Source of the DNA: a virus
Taxonomy: Duplodnaviria > Heunggongvirae > Uroviricota > Caudoviricetes
IMG/VR virus record: IMGVR_UViG_2724679172_000006
Reading direction: 5' to 3' (one strand)
DNA length: 58,458 nt
Below, in pieces: positions 49,922 through 58,458 of the stretch (position 1 is the first letter of the stretch; each line of letters opens with the position of its first letter). A program made the position numbers and the translations under genes. Below the pieces are notes generated by a model. That model was not told the DNA's origin and searched no databases. It saw only the letters and a program-made list of their open reading frames with translations.

Positions 49922-50803
49922 ATGCTTTTACCCCTTTTCCCGCTACCATCGCGGCCAACTGAATTAATCCAGTTCCGTCAGCCAAATATTGCTGATGCGA
50001 TGCGTTTCAACTCGATAACACCGGAGGAACAAGAACAGCAGACAACAGCGTATTTAAAAGCCTTGCTGGCTGAAGCTGCGAAACATGATCCACTGAAATG
50101 GACGGCACAGGACCGGATTACCGCGTTATGGTGGATATTTACTGGCTCCCGCGAAACACCGATCGAGACATTTACCTACACCTGTAAACATTGCGGTAAA
50201 GAGCATTATTACGATTGCGATATGAATGCTCTGGCTGAAGATATCCAGGTCCTGGAAGTGGAACCGTTCATTGACGATATTGAGGTGTCTGTAGAGGGCG
50301 TGCCTTATCAATGGCGTATCGTGCCGCTTGATGGTTGGGCAATGGAAATGCTGGAGATGCGCCGAGCAGCATTGCCACCTGAAGACGACGCGGAATTCAA
50401 AGAAGCGATCGTTGATTTGCGTTTTTGGGAATTCGCTTATCAGTGTGAACTTTATAACGATGTTAGCGGTACTCGTGAAGAGCAGGCTGAGCGTCGTTAT
50501 GAAACGATCAAACGGATGGCCATTGATACTGAATTTATGAAGCTGGCGGCACACATCCGGCTGGCTCATGAAAAGCTCGAACATGGTTTACCGTGCTACA
50601 TCGATAAAGGCGAAATGCGTCTTCGTCTCCCGCCGCACAAATGCCCAAACCAGGATACAAAGGAGTCCACAGAGGGTGCGTATACCCGTCTGTGGGTGCC
50701 CTTTCGGGCTACCGACTTCATTCCACAGGTGGGGATTGAAAAGCTATCAGACCTTAGTGTCCAACCTGGTTTTGTATGGGGGTATACCGATTCAGGACGC
50801 TGA
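49922..50803 (+). CDS. hypothetical tail-assembly protein
   Basis: ORF track; between tube-like and tape-measure-like genes. Confidence 0.45.
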   Translation: MLLPLFPLPSRPTELIQFRQPNIADAMRFNSITPEEQEQQTTAYLKALLAEAAKHDPLKWTAQDRITALWWIFTGSRETPIETFTYTCKHCGKEHYYDCDMNALAEDIQVLEVEPFIDDIEVSVEGVPYQWRIVPLDGWAMEMLEMRRAALPPEDDAEFKEAIVDLRFWEFAYQCELYNDVSGTREEQAERRYETIKRMAIDTEFMKLAAHIRLAHEKLEHGLPCYIDKGEMRLRLPPHKCPNQDTKESTEGAYTRLWVPFRATDFIPQVGIEKLSDLSVQPGFVWGYTDSGR

Positions 50804-50884
50804 AAGGCTTACTGAATCCTATGCGTTTTTCCTGTTGGAGAAACTGGAAGAAAAACTTAAACCGAAACGGTAGGCGATAAGATC

Positions 50885-53800
50885 ATGGAAAGAAAAAACG
50901 CCAATATTGACGATGTTATAAGGACAGTTGAAACCGCCAGCGCGAAAGAGCTGGAAGAGCTTGCAGGTATTCGGGAAGCTGTTGAAGATTTGAAAGGGGA
51001 ACGAGTTGCAACTGTTGATCCTGTCTCTCGCAGTGTGTCGGCATTAAATCGCACAATCGAAAATTCACGTCCTGACTTTGTGACCAATGTGCCATCAGTG
51101 GACTCTATTGTTGACGCAATGAAACGGCTTAATTTAGGGGACGTTTCTCGTATACGGGAGGACAAAGTCACTAACCGTGAACAGCAGGCTGCACCAACAG
51201 CGCACAATCCCCCAAATAGACGAAGAGAGGCAATAACAGAGGATGTTAAAGCACAGCGGTTAGAAACGGTCAAACTCGCTCGTGATTTGAAAGGGGAACG
51301 CGTTGCAACGGTTGACCCAGTATCTCGCAGTGTGTCGGCATTAAATCGAACAATCGAAAATTCCCGGCCAGACTTTGTGGCCAATGCGCCATCAGTAGAC
51401 CCTATTGTTGACGCAATGAAACGGCTTAATTTAGGGGACGTTTCTCGTGTAGTTCAGGAGGGCATTGCTCAAGAGGAACAGCAGGCCAAATCAACTACAC
51501 CAAAGGGTAAAAAAAGACGCAGGAAGGCTATATCAGAGGATATAAAGGCACAACGGACCGAAGCAGCCGAACACGCTCGCGAAATGTTCGATCAAAAAGG
51601 CGGTGCGCAAAAAAGCCAAAACCAACGCGATGCGCGTGGTCGTTTTATTGGAAAGTCAGGGAGTAAGGCCGCAGCGGAAGATGCCCGTGCTGAACGTGCT
51701 GAAAAGGCCAGGCGCAAAGAGGATGATGAGCGTCTAAATGCTGAATCAGGTTTATTAAAAAAACTGTCAAAAGTAGCTGAAGGCATAGGTAACCCTTCAG
51801 AGACTCGTGCCGTCGATGCGTTAGGTTATGCCGTTGCTGGTCCATTGTGGGCAGCAGGGAAGGAGCTTGGCGGGATATCAAAAGAAGTTGGTGGATCGCT
51901 TAATGGTGCCAGAAAGTCTATTGCCGATGTGATTCGTGGCAATGACGATAACAGCCGTAGAAAAGGTTTTTTTAGGCGTAAATCGCAAAATAGTGCCGAT
52001 GTCGTTCAGGTTAACACCCAAAAACGGACGGTTCAGGAACTTCAGGAGCAGACCAGCGAAATTAAAGAGGGCAATGACAAGATTCTCAGCGCCCTTGATC
52101 AGATAGCCAAAAACACCGGGAAAAAGAAGGGCGGCTTGCTGTCCAAACTATTTAGCCTGTTAGGGAAGGGGGCCGGTGGCGTCGCGTCGTTGTTAATGGG
52201 GCGTGGCATGCTGAAAAAAGCTGGAGCACTCGCTTTTGGCGCTCTGGGGGCAAAGAGACTCGTAGGAATGCTACGCGGTGGGGGCAAGAAGACTCTCGCC
52301 CATGAAGGCGGAGATTTGGCTGCCCGGGCAGCAGGTAAACTTGGATTAAAGGCAGTTGGTAAAGGGGCGTTACGCGCAATTCCCCTAGTCGGCACAGTGG
52401 CTGGAGGTATTTATGATGCGGTAACCGGTTGGAATGATACAGAAGCGCAACGTCGAGCGTTTGGGCTTAAATCAGGACAAGATCCATCATTCCAGCAAAA
52501 AGCCGCTTATACGTTAGCCAATGTTCTTGATTTGGGGGGACTGGTATCTGGTATTAGCAGTGCTATTGGTGATGTTCTCAAATCACTTGGATTTGAGGAT
52601 ATCGGCAATATGTTGCAATCATTTTCGACGGAAAGTATTGCCCAGGCCATTGATAGCGGGGTTACCAACTTAGAAACATATATTTCTAACCTTGGCGACA
52701 CCATTTCTACCAAGTTCGATGATTACACAGCAAAGATTGGTGATGCTGTTTCAGCATGGTTTAGCGATACATCTAATAAGTTGCTTGAAAAGCTGGATGC
52801 CATCAAAGACTTCTTTACTGTCGATAACCTGAAACAGGTTTTCAGTGATGCAATTGATAGTGCAATTGACTTCATTAAGAACCCAGGGAAACACATTAAA
52901 GAGGCGGCTGGTAATATTTGGGATGGGGTTAAAAATTTACCCGGTAAAGCATTAGATGCAGCGGTTGATGCCGTTAAAAATACCCCTGCGGCAATGATTG
53001 TATCAAAAATACCCAATCCGATCGGCGAGGCTAATGCAAAAGAAATCACTCCAGAGTTAAAAGCTCCGGTTAATAGCCACCAGGAGACATCTGATTCTAA
53101 AACTGAATCCGATGCTAAACAGACTAATATTGCTACCCGCGTGATAAATGCGGCACTGGACACGGCGAAAGATAGCAATAAAACAGTTAAAGAAACTGCC
53201 AATCAGATTATCAATGCAAATGCCGTAGAAATGGGCAATAGCGCGGTGCGGAAAATTGATTCAGCTATTGGACAAAATAGCTCGTCATCATCGTCGCGTA
53301 ATACCACCGGCACTGGGAATGACATTCAGAAAGCTGCTGATACCTACAATAATGGCAACTTAGATGTAAAAGTCGGAAGCCTTGGCGCTGAAGGTAAGGC
53401 AAATCTCGATAAGTTAGCTCCGTATTTTGCTGAACTAGAGAATAAATATGGTCTTCCTGAAGGCACTCTTTACGCGATTGCTGCAACTGAATCAGGAGGG
53501 GATCCTAACGCAAAGTCTCCGCTTACAAGATCACCAGATGGAAAGTTAAGTGGTGGCGCACTCGGGATGTTCCAGTTCACGAGTATTGCTCGTAAAGAGA
53601 CAGGGATATCGGAACCGGATGCATTTGATCCTGTGAAATCGGCAGAAGCTGCGGCTCTTCTCATGAGCAAGTATCTGAAGCAAGCCAATGGAGACTTAAA
53701 CGAGGCCATCACTGCATATAACGCTGGGTTTGGCACTATTAATAGGTGGAAAAAAGGCACAGGTGACTTATCGAAAGAAAACCGTGAGTACGCGATCAAG

Positions 53801-54604
53801 GTCAATACTCATCGTGCTCGCTATTTAGGTGGTGAAATCTATACACCAGGGGCAGGAGCACAGGGGGGGGCGCAATATGGAGTGAGGGGACCACTGCCTG
53901 ATAACGCCGTTATCGATCAGTCTACTGGCCTGGCGTTTACCCCTGGTGATAGCCCGTTTGAGAAGGGCGGTCTGGTAGACAAAATCGGTAATGCTGTTGG
54001 CGTTAACGATCTGGTCAACAAATTCATGAATGGTCGGGGGATGCGTCGAGAAGTCGTCCAGGGAACCCTCGAAGAACGTGCACGAGGAAATGGGACCGCA
54101 ACAGCAGCTGGCAATGTGTATGTTGATACTCCGACGCCAGTTGAAGAGGCGCGTCCAGTGGCCAGCAACTCAAGTTACTTTGACCAGCTCGGCGCACAAA
54201 TGGGGATTGATGGACTGTATGACAAACTCATTAATGCCCGGGGAATGCGCTCAAATAATTCTCCTCAACCAGCATCCACGTTCCAGGTGACGACTGCCGC
54301 CAACGATTTGCAGCAACCAACCGGTCGTATGCAGATAGACGGACAGGTTATTAGTGACCTTGGCGGCTCCGGTGCCAAGCCGACAATGCAGTTGGCTGAT
54401 AATACCGTTTCACTTGATGGTGAAACGAAGCGGCTGTTTGCGCAGATGACCTCATTGCTTGCCAGGATTGAAGAGCACACCAAAGACTCGGCGAAAGGCC
54501 AGGGAACTGTCGTAAAGGTCAGCACGCCTCAGCCGGGCGTTATGCGCACGGTACCACTGTCAATTGATGATCCGTTGATGAATGACTACGCGAGAGTTGA
54601 TTGA
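50885..54604 (+). CDS. sit: tape-measure-like tail protein with lytic transglycosylase (SLT) domain
   Basis: 1239 aa; SLT motifs ATESGG, GMFQF, AYNAG around aa 860-950; glycine/alanine-rich central region; N-terminal 99-aa tandem repeat. Confidence 0.75.
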   Translation: MERKNANIDDVIRTVETASAKELEELAGIREAVEDLKGERVATVDPVSRSVSALNRTIENSRPDFVTNVPSVDSIVDAMKRLNLGDVSRIREDKVTNREQQAAPTAHNPPNRRREAITEDVKAQRLETVKLARDLKGERVATVDPVSRSVSALNRTIENSRPDFVANAPSVDPIVDAMKRLNLGDVSRVVQEGIAQEEQQAKSTTPKGKKRRRKAISEDIKAQRTEAAEHAREMFDQKGGAQKSQNQRDARGRFIGKSGSKAAAEDARAERAEKARRKEDDERLNAESGLLKKLSKVAEGIGNPSETRAVDALGYAVAGPLWAAGKELGGISKEVGGSLNGARKSIADVIRGNDDNSRRKGFFRRKSQNSADVVQVNTQKRTVQELQEQTSEIKEGNDKILSALDQIAKNTGKKKGGLLSKLFSLLGKGAGGVASLLMGRGMLKKAGALAFGALGAKRLVGMLRGGGKKTLAHEGGDLAARAAGKLGLKAVGKGALRAIPLVGTVAGGIYDAVTGWNDTEAQRRAFGLKSGQDPSFQQKAAYTLANVLDLGGLVSGISSAIGDVLKSLGFEDIGNMLQSFSTESIAQAIDSGVTNLETYISNLGDTISTKFDDYTAKIGDAVSAWFSDTSNKLLEKLDAIKDFFTVDNLKQVFSDAIDSAIDFIKNPGKHIKEAAGNIWDGVKNLPGKALDAAVDAVKNTPAAMIVSKIPNPIGEANAKEITPELKAPVNSHQETSDSKTESDAKQTNIATRVINAALDTAKDSNKTVKETANQIINANAVEMGNSAVRKIDSAIGQNSSSSSSRNTTGTGNDIQKAADTYNNGNLDVKVGSLGAEGKANLDKLAPYFAELENKYGLPEGTLYAIAATESGGDPNAKSPLTRSPDGKLSGGALGMFQFTSIARKETGISEPDAFDPVKSAEAAALLMSKYLKQANGDLNEAITAYNAGFGTINRWKKGTGDLSKENREYAIKVNTHRARYLGGEIYTPGAGAQGGAQYGVRGPLPDNAVIDQSTGLAFTPGDSPFEKGGLVDKIGNAVGVNDLVNKFMNGRGMRREVVQGTLEERARGNGTATAAGNVYVDTPTPVEEARPVASNSSYFDQLGAQMGIDGLYDKLINARGMRSNNSPQPASTFQVTTAANDLQQPTGRMQIDGQVISDLGGSGAKPTMQLADNTVSLDGETKRLFAQMTSLLARIEEHTKDSAKGQGTVVKVSTPQPGVMRTVPLSIDDPLMNDYARVD
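50990..51586 (+). repeat. tandem direct duplication (two units of about 297 bp) inside the tape-measure-like gene
   Basis: Units beginning LKGERVATVDPVSRSVSALNRTIENSRPDF are about 85-90 percent identical at protein and DNA level. Confidence 0.7.
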
Positions 54605-54960
54605 TGGCCAACAATAACGAAATTGATCCTTTGCTGACGCTGGAGTTATCCGGCGTAAAAACGTATGAGTCCCAGGAGGAGGCCTGGGGCGCTCGTTTAT
54701 ATGAGTGGCTAAACACTTATCAGGGTGAGGTATACGGAGATCCGTCATGGGGCAATGTTTTACCGCAGTTTAAACACGAACCGACCAACTTGTCGCATGT
54801 TCAAATTGCGGTTGAGGCAATGCTGTTGCAAAAACTGACGGTAGATTTACCTGACATACCGATTTCTGGCTTGTCAGTAGCCGAGGGAGATGCTTTTGAT
54901 AAGTTGAAAATATCCATTCGTATCAGGGATATAACTATCACACAGGACGTGGTGCTATGA
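54601..54960 (+). CDS. baseplate wedge protein, gpW/gp25-like
   Basis: LYEWLNTYQGEVYGDPSWGNVLPQF fits the L.T..GE...P.FG pattern of gp25/GPW proteins; 119 aa. Confidence 0.45.
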   Translation: MMANNNEIDPLLTLELSGVKTYESQEEAWGARLYEWLNTYQGEVYGDPSWGNVLPQFKHEPTNLSHVQIAVEAMLLQKLTVDLPDIPISGLSVAEGDAFDKLKISIRIRDITITQDVVL

Positions 54961-56390
54961 GTAAAACAACACCGACTAAAGACAGTATTCGTGCAGAGTT
55001 TGAAGAGCTTGTCGAGAAAGATTCATTCTGGTCGAAGTTTGTCGGCTCTCAATTTGTCTCGATGCTGACATTGTTTATTACCCAGATTGTCTACAGGTGC
55101 TTTCAGTATGCCGATGCGGCGCTGGCTGAAGGCTTTATATCGACCGCGACGCGGCGTTCCTCTATCCTGGCAGCGGCAGAAACGAATAGTTACGTTGGTA
55201 CCAAGCCAACACCGTCATCGGGGATGATTGAGATCACCGCCACAAGTGAAGATGCCCCAGCGGTAATCCCCAAAAACATGCCTTTAATATCTGACGACCA
55301 GTATCCTTACATGACTATGGATGTATGCAGGTTGGTTGACGGCACCGGTACGGTAGAAGTGGCACAGTTGGAAATCCAGGAGGTGACATATACCGTTACG
55401 GCAGCCAAAGAATTTCTGGAAGTCGTGTTATCAAAGGCTCTCACTGCTGTCTGCTATAAGCTGGAAGTATTCGTGACGACCGATGGTAAGACCACGCAGT
55501 GGTCTTCCAGCACTATGTTCCGGTTAGCCGGTAGTAAAAGCCAGGTCTACGTTGAGTTTTATAAACCATCCGAACAGTTGGGTGTTCGATTCGGCGATGG
55601 GCTAATTGGGCAAATACCGCCAGAAGGCTCGACAATTACGCTTAAGGTATGGTGCACCAACGGCGATATAACCCTGGTTGCTGGCCAAAACCTGACGCCT
55701 GTCGATTCTGCGGCTAATTTAGCTAATTTGATTTCAGTTAAGACAACGACACCTATAACCGCAGGTACCGATGCTGAAACAACGGAGATCACACGTAACC
55801 GTGCACAATATTACCTTGCCTATGATGATCAGGTCGTATGGGGCGGGGACTATACGTATTTTCTGGTTCGTAACATCCCGGGGCTGTCCTGGGTAAAGGC
55901 ATGGGGCGAAGGCCAGCAAGAGAAATTAGATGGTGCTTATAATGTTCAGAATATCAATAAGATATTTATTTCAGGATGGCATCCAAATAAAAGCCAGTCA
56001 GAGCTTGAAGAAATGATCCTGACTGCCTTTAAGAAGGTACCGAATGAACTGAACAAGAAATTCTCTTATAAAGAGGTCAGAAAACTACCATTTAAGATAA
56101 CCATCACCGGACGGATATCGGCAAGCCTGACCATTGAGAATGTGACCGATGAGCTGAAGTCGGCACTGGAAACAAAATTTGGGCGCGACTCAACTTTCTT
56201 TGATCCGAACCGCGTCGGAAAGTACATCTTGATTAAGAAAAAAGACGTTTGGGCTTTTATAGAAACGCTGGGTTATTTCCGCGACTTTTATCTGGAATTT
56301 GTCGAGTGGAATGAGTCCAACGGCTTTTACGATTTCGTTTATCTGGATACAGAAAACTCCACCTTTAATATTTCGTATGAGGAGGAGTGA
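54957..56390 (+). CDS. baseplate protein, gpJ/gp6-like by position
   Basis: 477 aa immediately after gp25-like gene with overlapping stop/start. Confidence 0.4.
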   Translation: MSKTTPTKDSIRAEFEELVEKDSFWSKFVGSQFVSMLTLFITQIVYRCFQYADAALAEGFISTATRRSSILAAAETNSYVGTKPTPSSGMIEITATSEDAPAVIPKNMPLISDDQYPYMTMDVCRLVDGTGTVEVAQLEIQEVTYTVTAAKEFLEVVLSKALTAVCYKLEVFVTTDGKTTQWSSSTMFRLAGSKSQVYVEFYKPSEQLGVRFGDGLIGQIPPEGSTITLKVWCTNGDITLVAGQNLTPVDSAANLANLISVKTTTPITAGTDAETTEITRNRAQYYLAYDDQVVWGGDYTYFLVRNIPGLSWVKAWGEGQQEKLDGAYNVQNINKIFISGWHPNKSQSELEEMILTAFKKVPNELNKKFSYKEVRKLPFKITITGRISASLTIENVTDELKSALETKFGRDSTFFDPNRVGKYILIKKKDVWAFIETLGYFRDFYLEFVEWNESNGFYDFVYLDTENSTFNISYEEE

Positions 56391-57226
56391 TGCAGCGTTC
56401 CTGGTTTAATAACCGGCTTACATCAGCTAAGCAAAAGTCATTACTTTATAAATCATTGGCTGATTTGGTTCAGTCAATGATGGACACCTTTGTTGACCCA
56501 TGGTTGGAGCGAATTACCAACCGGAAGTCTATTTTCTCCATGAGCAAGGAGGATCTGGAGACTAGGACAAATGAACTTGGCCAGTTTTTTACTATCAGAA
56601 CGTCGAATTCATCTTCCGTTCCGATGTTGTTACAACAGCGGTTTGATGAGATCCATTTTAAGGGTACTGAACGCCCTATAAACCAGACAATTTATCGCGA
56701 ATTTAACGGTATATCGGTTTTATGGGATCCCATATATGCTCCGGTGGACTTTGAACGTCATCCCTATGGCACGGTCCTGATTCCAGAAAGCACACTGGAA
56801 ACCACCGGCGGCACATTCGGCGAGATGTTTCTGACTTCCAGAGGAATGATCAGTATTCCCATAAACGACTTGGCCCGGACAATGGGTATTACTGGAACGA
56901 TAGATCAGTCCGCAATTACAGAAGAAATTCTCAGAAAGTTTAATCAGTTCGTAAAGCCTCTACTGCCACTGCATATAGTGTTTGATGGGCTTACGCTCTA
57001 TTTGTCGGTTGTTGTAAATGAACAGGCCGACATGATCACTTTGAATGAGATTTCTGATACCGAAAAAGCATTCTGCTGGTTTGAAACTTCGGATACAACT
57101 TCGCTTACTGAAGTTACGTCGATTAACGCCCCGATCACTGCAACGCCGGGCGGCACTATTGTGAAAGCAACGCCTACGTTTGATCGCACCCGCGCAGATG
57201 ATTTGCTGTTGGATAGCGATGCGTGA
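56387..57226 (+). CDS. baseplate/tail protein, gpI-like by position
   Basis: 279 aa, overlapping stop/start with upstream gene. Confidence 0.35.
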   Translation: MMQRSWFNNRLTSAKQKSLLYKSLADLVQSMMDTFVDPWLERITNRKSIFSMSKEDLETRTNELGQFFTIRTSNSSSVPMLLQQRFDEIHFKGTERPINQTIYREFNGISVLWDPIYAPVDFERHPYGTVLIPESTLETTGGTFGEMFLTSRGMISIPINDLARTMGITGTIDQSAITEEILRKFNQFVKPLLPLHIVFDGLTLYLSVVVNEQADMITLNEISDTEKAFCWFETSDTTSLTEVTSINAPITATPGGTIVKATPTFDRTRADDLLLDSDA

Positions 57227-57304
57227 CAATCACCCCGTCCGCAGGGCGGGGTGACAAGTTACTTATCTTACAATGAGGCTTCACAACATTGATTAGGGAA
57301 AATC

Positions 57305-57739
57305 ATGTCTGACGTCTCAACAAACCTCTATAAGAGTCAGTTGTTGGACTATTACTATCAGCGGCGCGCTGAATCGTCCATTAACAAAGGCTCTCGATTT
57401 TTAATCAGCAAGGCCGTTTTCGGTACCAGTTCACTGGTTACTAAGAAAGGAGATGGCACTTATGAGATTGGAGAACTGCCAAAGGCTTTCGATCTGGCAG
57501 AACTGACCAGTCAATTTTGCACCATCAACCTCGTCCCAACCTACTCAGGCGGGATAATTACTGTCCGAATGGACCTTGATCAAAGTCAGTTGCAGGAAGG
57601 GAAAAACTACCCATTCAACACTCTGGTTGTTCTGGATAACGAGAATAAGCCAATCGCCATTATTTGTGTCCAGGAAGACTCGCTGTATGTGGGCAAAACA
57701 TATACCGCAGTTATGGCCATAAACTCGACTACAGCATAA
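57305..57739 (+). CDS. hypothetical tail protein
   Basis: ORF track; directly precedes tail-fibre gene. Confidence 0.45.
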   Translation: MSDVSTNLYKSQLLDYYYQRRAESSINKGSRFLISKAVFGTSSLVTKKGDGTYEIGELPKAFDLAELTSQFCTINLVPTYSGGIITVRMDLDQSQLQEGKNYPFNTLVVLDNENKPIAIICVQEDSLYVGKTYTAVMAINSTTA

Positions 57740-57750
57740 GGATATGCTTG

Positions 57751-58458
57751 ATGAATGACGTTACAGTTGTTACATCGGTTACTTACCCATCACCCGAGTC
57801 GTTGGCTCTGGTGGCTGATGTGCAATACCACGAACCATATCTGTCAGCCGCTCTAAACCGAAAATTCAGGGGAATTGTTGACCCGGGATTTTATGCTGGT
57901 TTCTTGCCTAAGCCTGGCGGTGGAATGAACCTGTTAATCACCTCAGTGGATGGAGATAAAACCGCTGGCGCGGCGTCAGTGGATATTGGTGAATTCTACC
58001 AGGTAACTATTCAGCATCGTAAGGATATCTCTCTTGCACTTAACGCAGGCAAGAAATATGCAATTGTGCTGAAGGGAAGATACCTTCTTGGAGAAGATAC
58101 CTATCAGGTGAATACCGCGTCACATATTCATGCAGCTGAATTTGTTGCCAGAACCTATACCGATTCATATCAGTTAGGTGATGGGGAACTGCTGGTTTGT
58201 ACGGTGAATATCCCTGCTGGCGTATCTACCATTACTCAAGAGATGATTGATACATCCGAGCGTATCAACCGCACGATCGGCATTGATATTTCAGACTCTG
58301 TAACCAGTACCAGAAGTGATGTTGCTGCGAGTTCGCTGGCAGTTAAAAAAGCCTACGATCTGGCGAAAAGCAAGTATACGGCGCAGGATGCAAGCACAAC
58401 GCAAAAGGGATTAGTTCAGCTCAGTAGTGCCACTAACAGCACGTCTGAAGTGCTGGCC
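57751..58458 (+). CDS. tail fibre protein, N-terminal part (truncated by window end)
   Basis: AAGGAT before ATG; ..AASSLAVKKAYDLAKSKYTAQDASTTQKGLVQLSSATNSTSEVLA matches the conserved tail-fibre N-terminal motif; no stop before the window end. Confidence 0.65.
   Translation, partial: MNDVTVVTSVTYPSPESLALVADVQYHEPYLSAALNRKFRGIVDPGFYAGFLPKPGGGMNLLITSVDGDKTAGAASVDIGEFYQVTIQHRKDISLALNAGKKYAIVLKGRYLLGEDTYQVNTASHIHAAEFVARTYTDSYQLGDGELLVCTVNIPAGVSTITQEMIDTSERINRTIGIDISDSVTSTRSDVAASSLAVKKAYDLAKSKYTAQDASTTQKGLVQLSSATNSTSEVLA

Noticed and set aside
50857-51384. Minus-strand 175-aa ORF inside the tape-measure-like gene
   Set aside because: Lies antisense within the tandem duplication of a 1239-aa gene with clear domain content; an artefact of the repeat.

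Overview
This 58.5-kb window reads as a near-contiguous segment of a P1-type temperate myophage maintained as a plasmid prophage (phage-plasmid). Nothing was searched against a database: all family assignments rest on motifs read from the translations and on remembered features of P1 biology, and hand-derived coordinates may be off by a base or two. Recognisable modules, left to right: an SOS-linked humD/hot pair with a LexA box; a long minus-strand block of mostly uncharacterised genes including a Ser/Thr phosphatase, an HAD-type phosphatase, glycosyltransferase-fold proteins, a VRR-NUC-like nuclease and a TraR-like zinc finger; a plus-strand late operon of six structural genes; a DnaB-family helicase operon with a glycosyltransferase-like gene, three tRNAs (Ile2-CAU, Thr, Asn) and a TerB-like gene; a 754-aa C5/N6 fusion DNA methyltransferase and an RdgC homologue; a PAAR-like protein and an overlapping spanin-like pair; an iteron replicon (DnaA box, five GATC sites, five upstream iterons, RepA, downstream iteron array); ParA-ParB-parS; head and sheath genes; the lytic replicon kilA-repL; the immunity-I operon (c4-like antisense RNA, icd, ant); and tube, tape-measure/transglycosylase, baseplate and tail-fibre genes running off the right end. 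At least eight copies of the asymmetric 17-bp operator ATTGCTCTAATAAATTT (C1-repressor type) sit in intergenic regions, and three copies of a candidate late-promoter element precede plus-strand structural operons. No integrase, transposase, CRISPR array or rRNA was seen. The best candidates for undescribed biology are: a T5orf172/GIY-YIG-like gene wedged between the downstream iterons and parA; an AT-rich three-gene envelope-associated locus between the immunity operon and the tail genes; a low-GC convergent pair of a DUF3892-like protein and a ParA-like ATPase next to repL; a cluster of sugar-transferase-fold and phosphatase genes; and a repeat-rich non-coding spacer inside the tRNA cluster.
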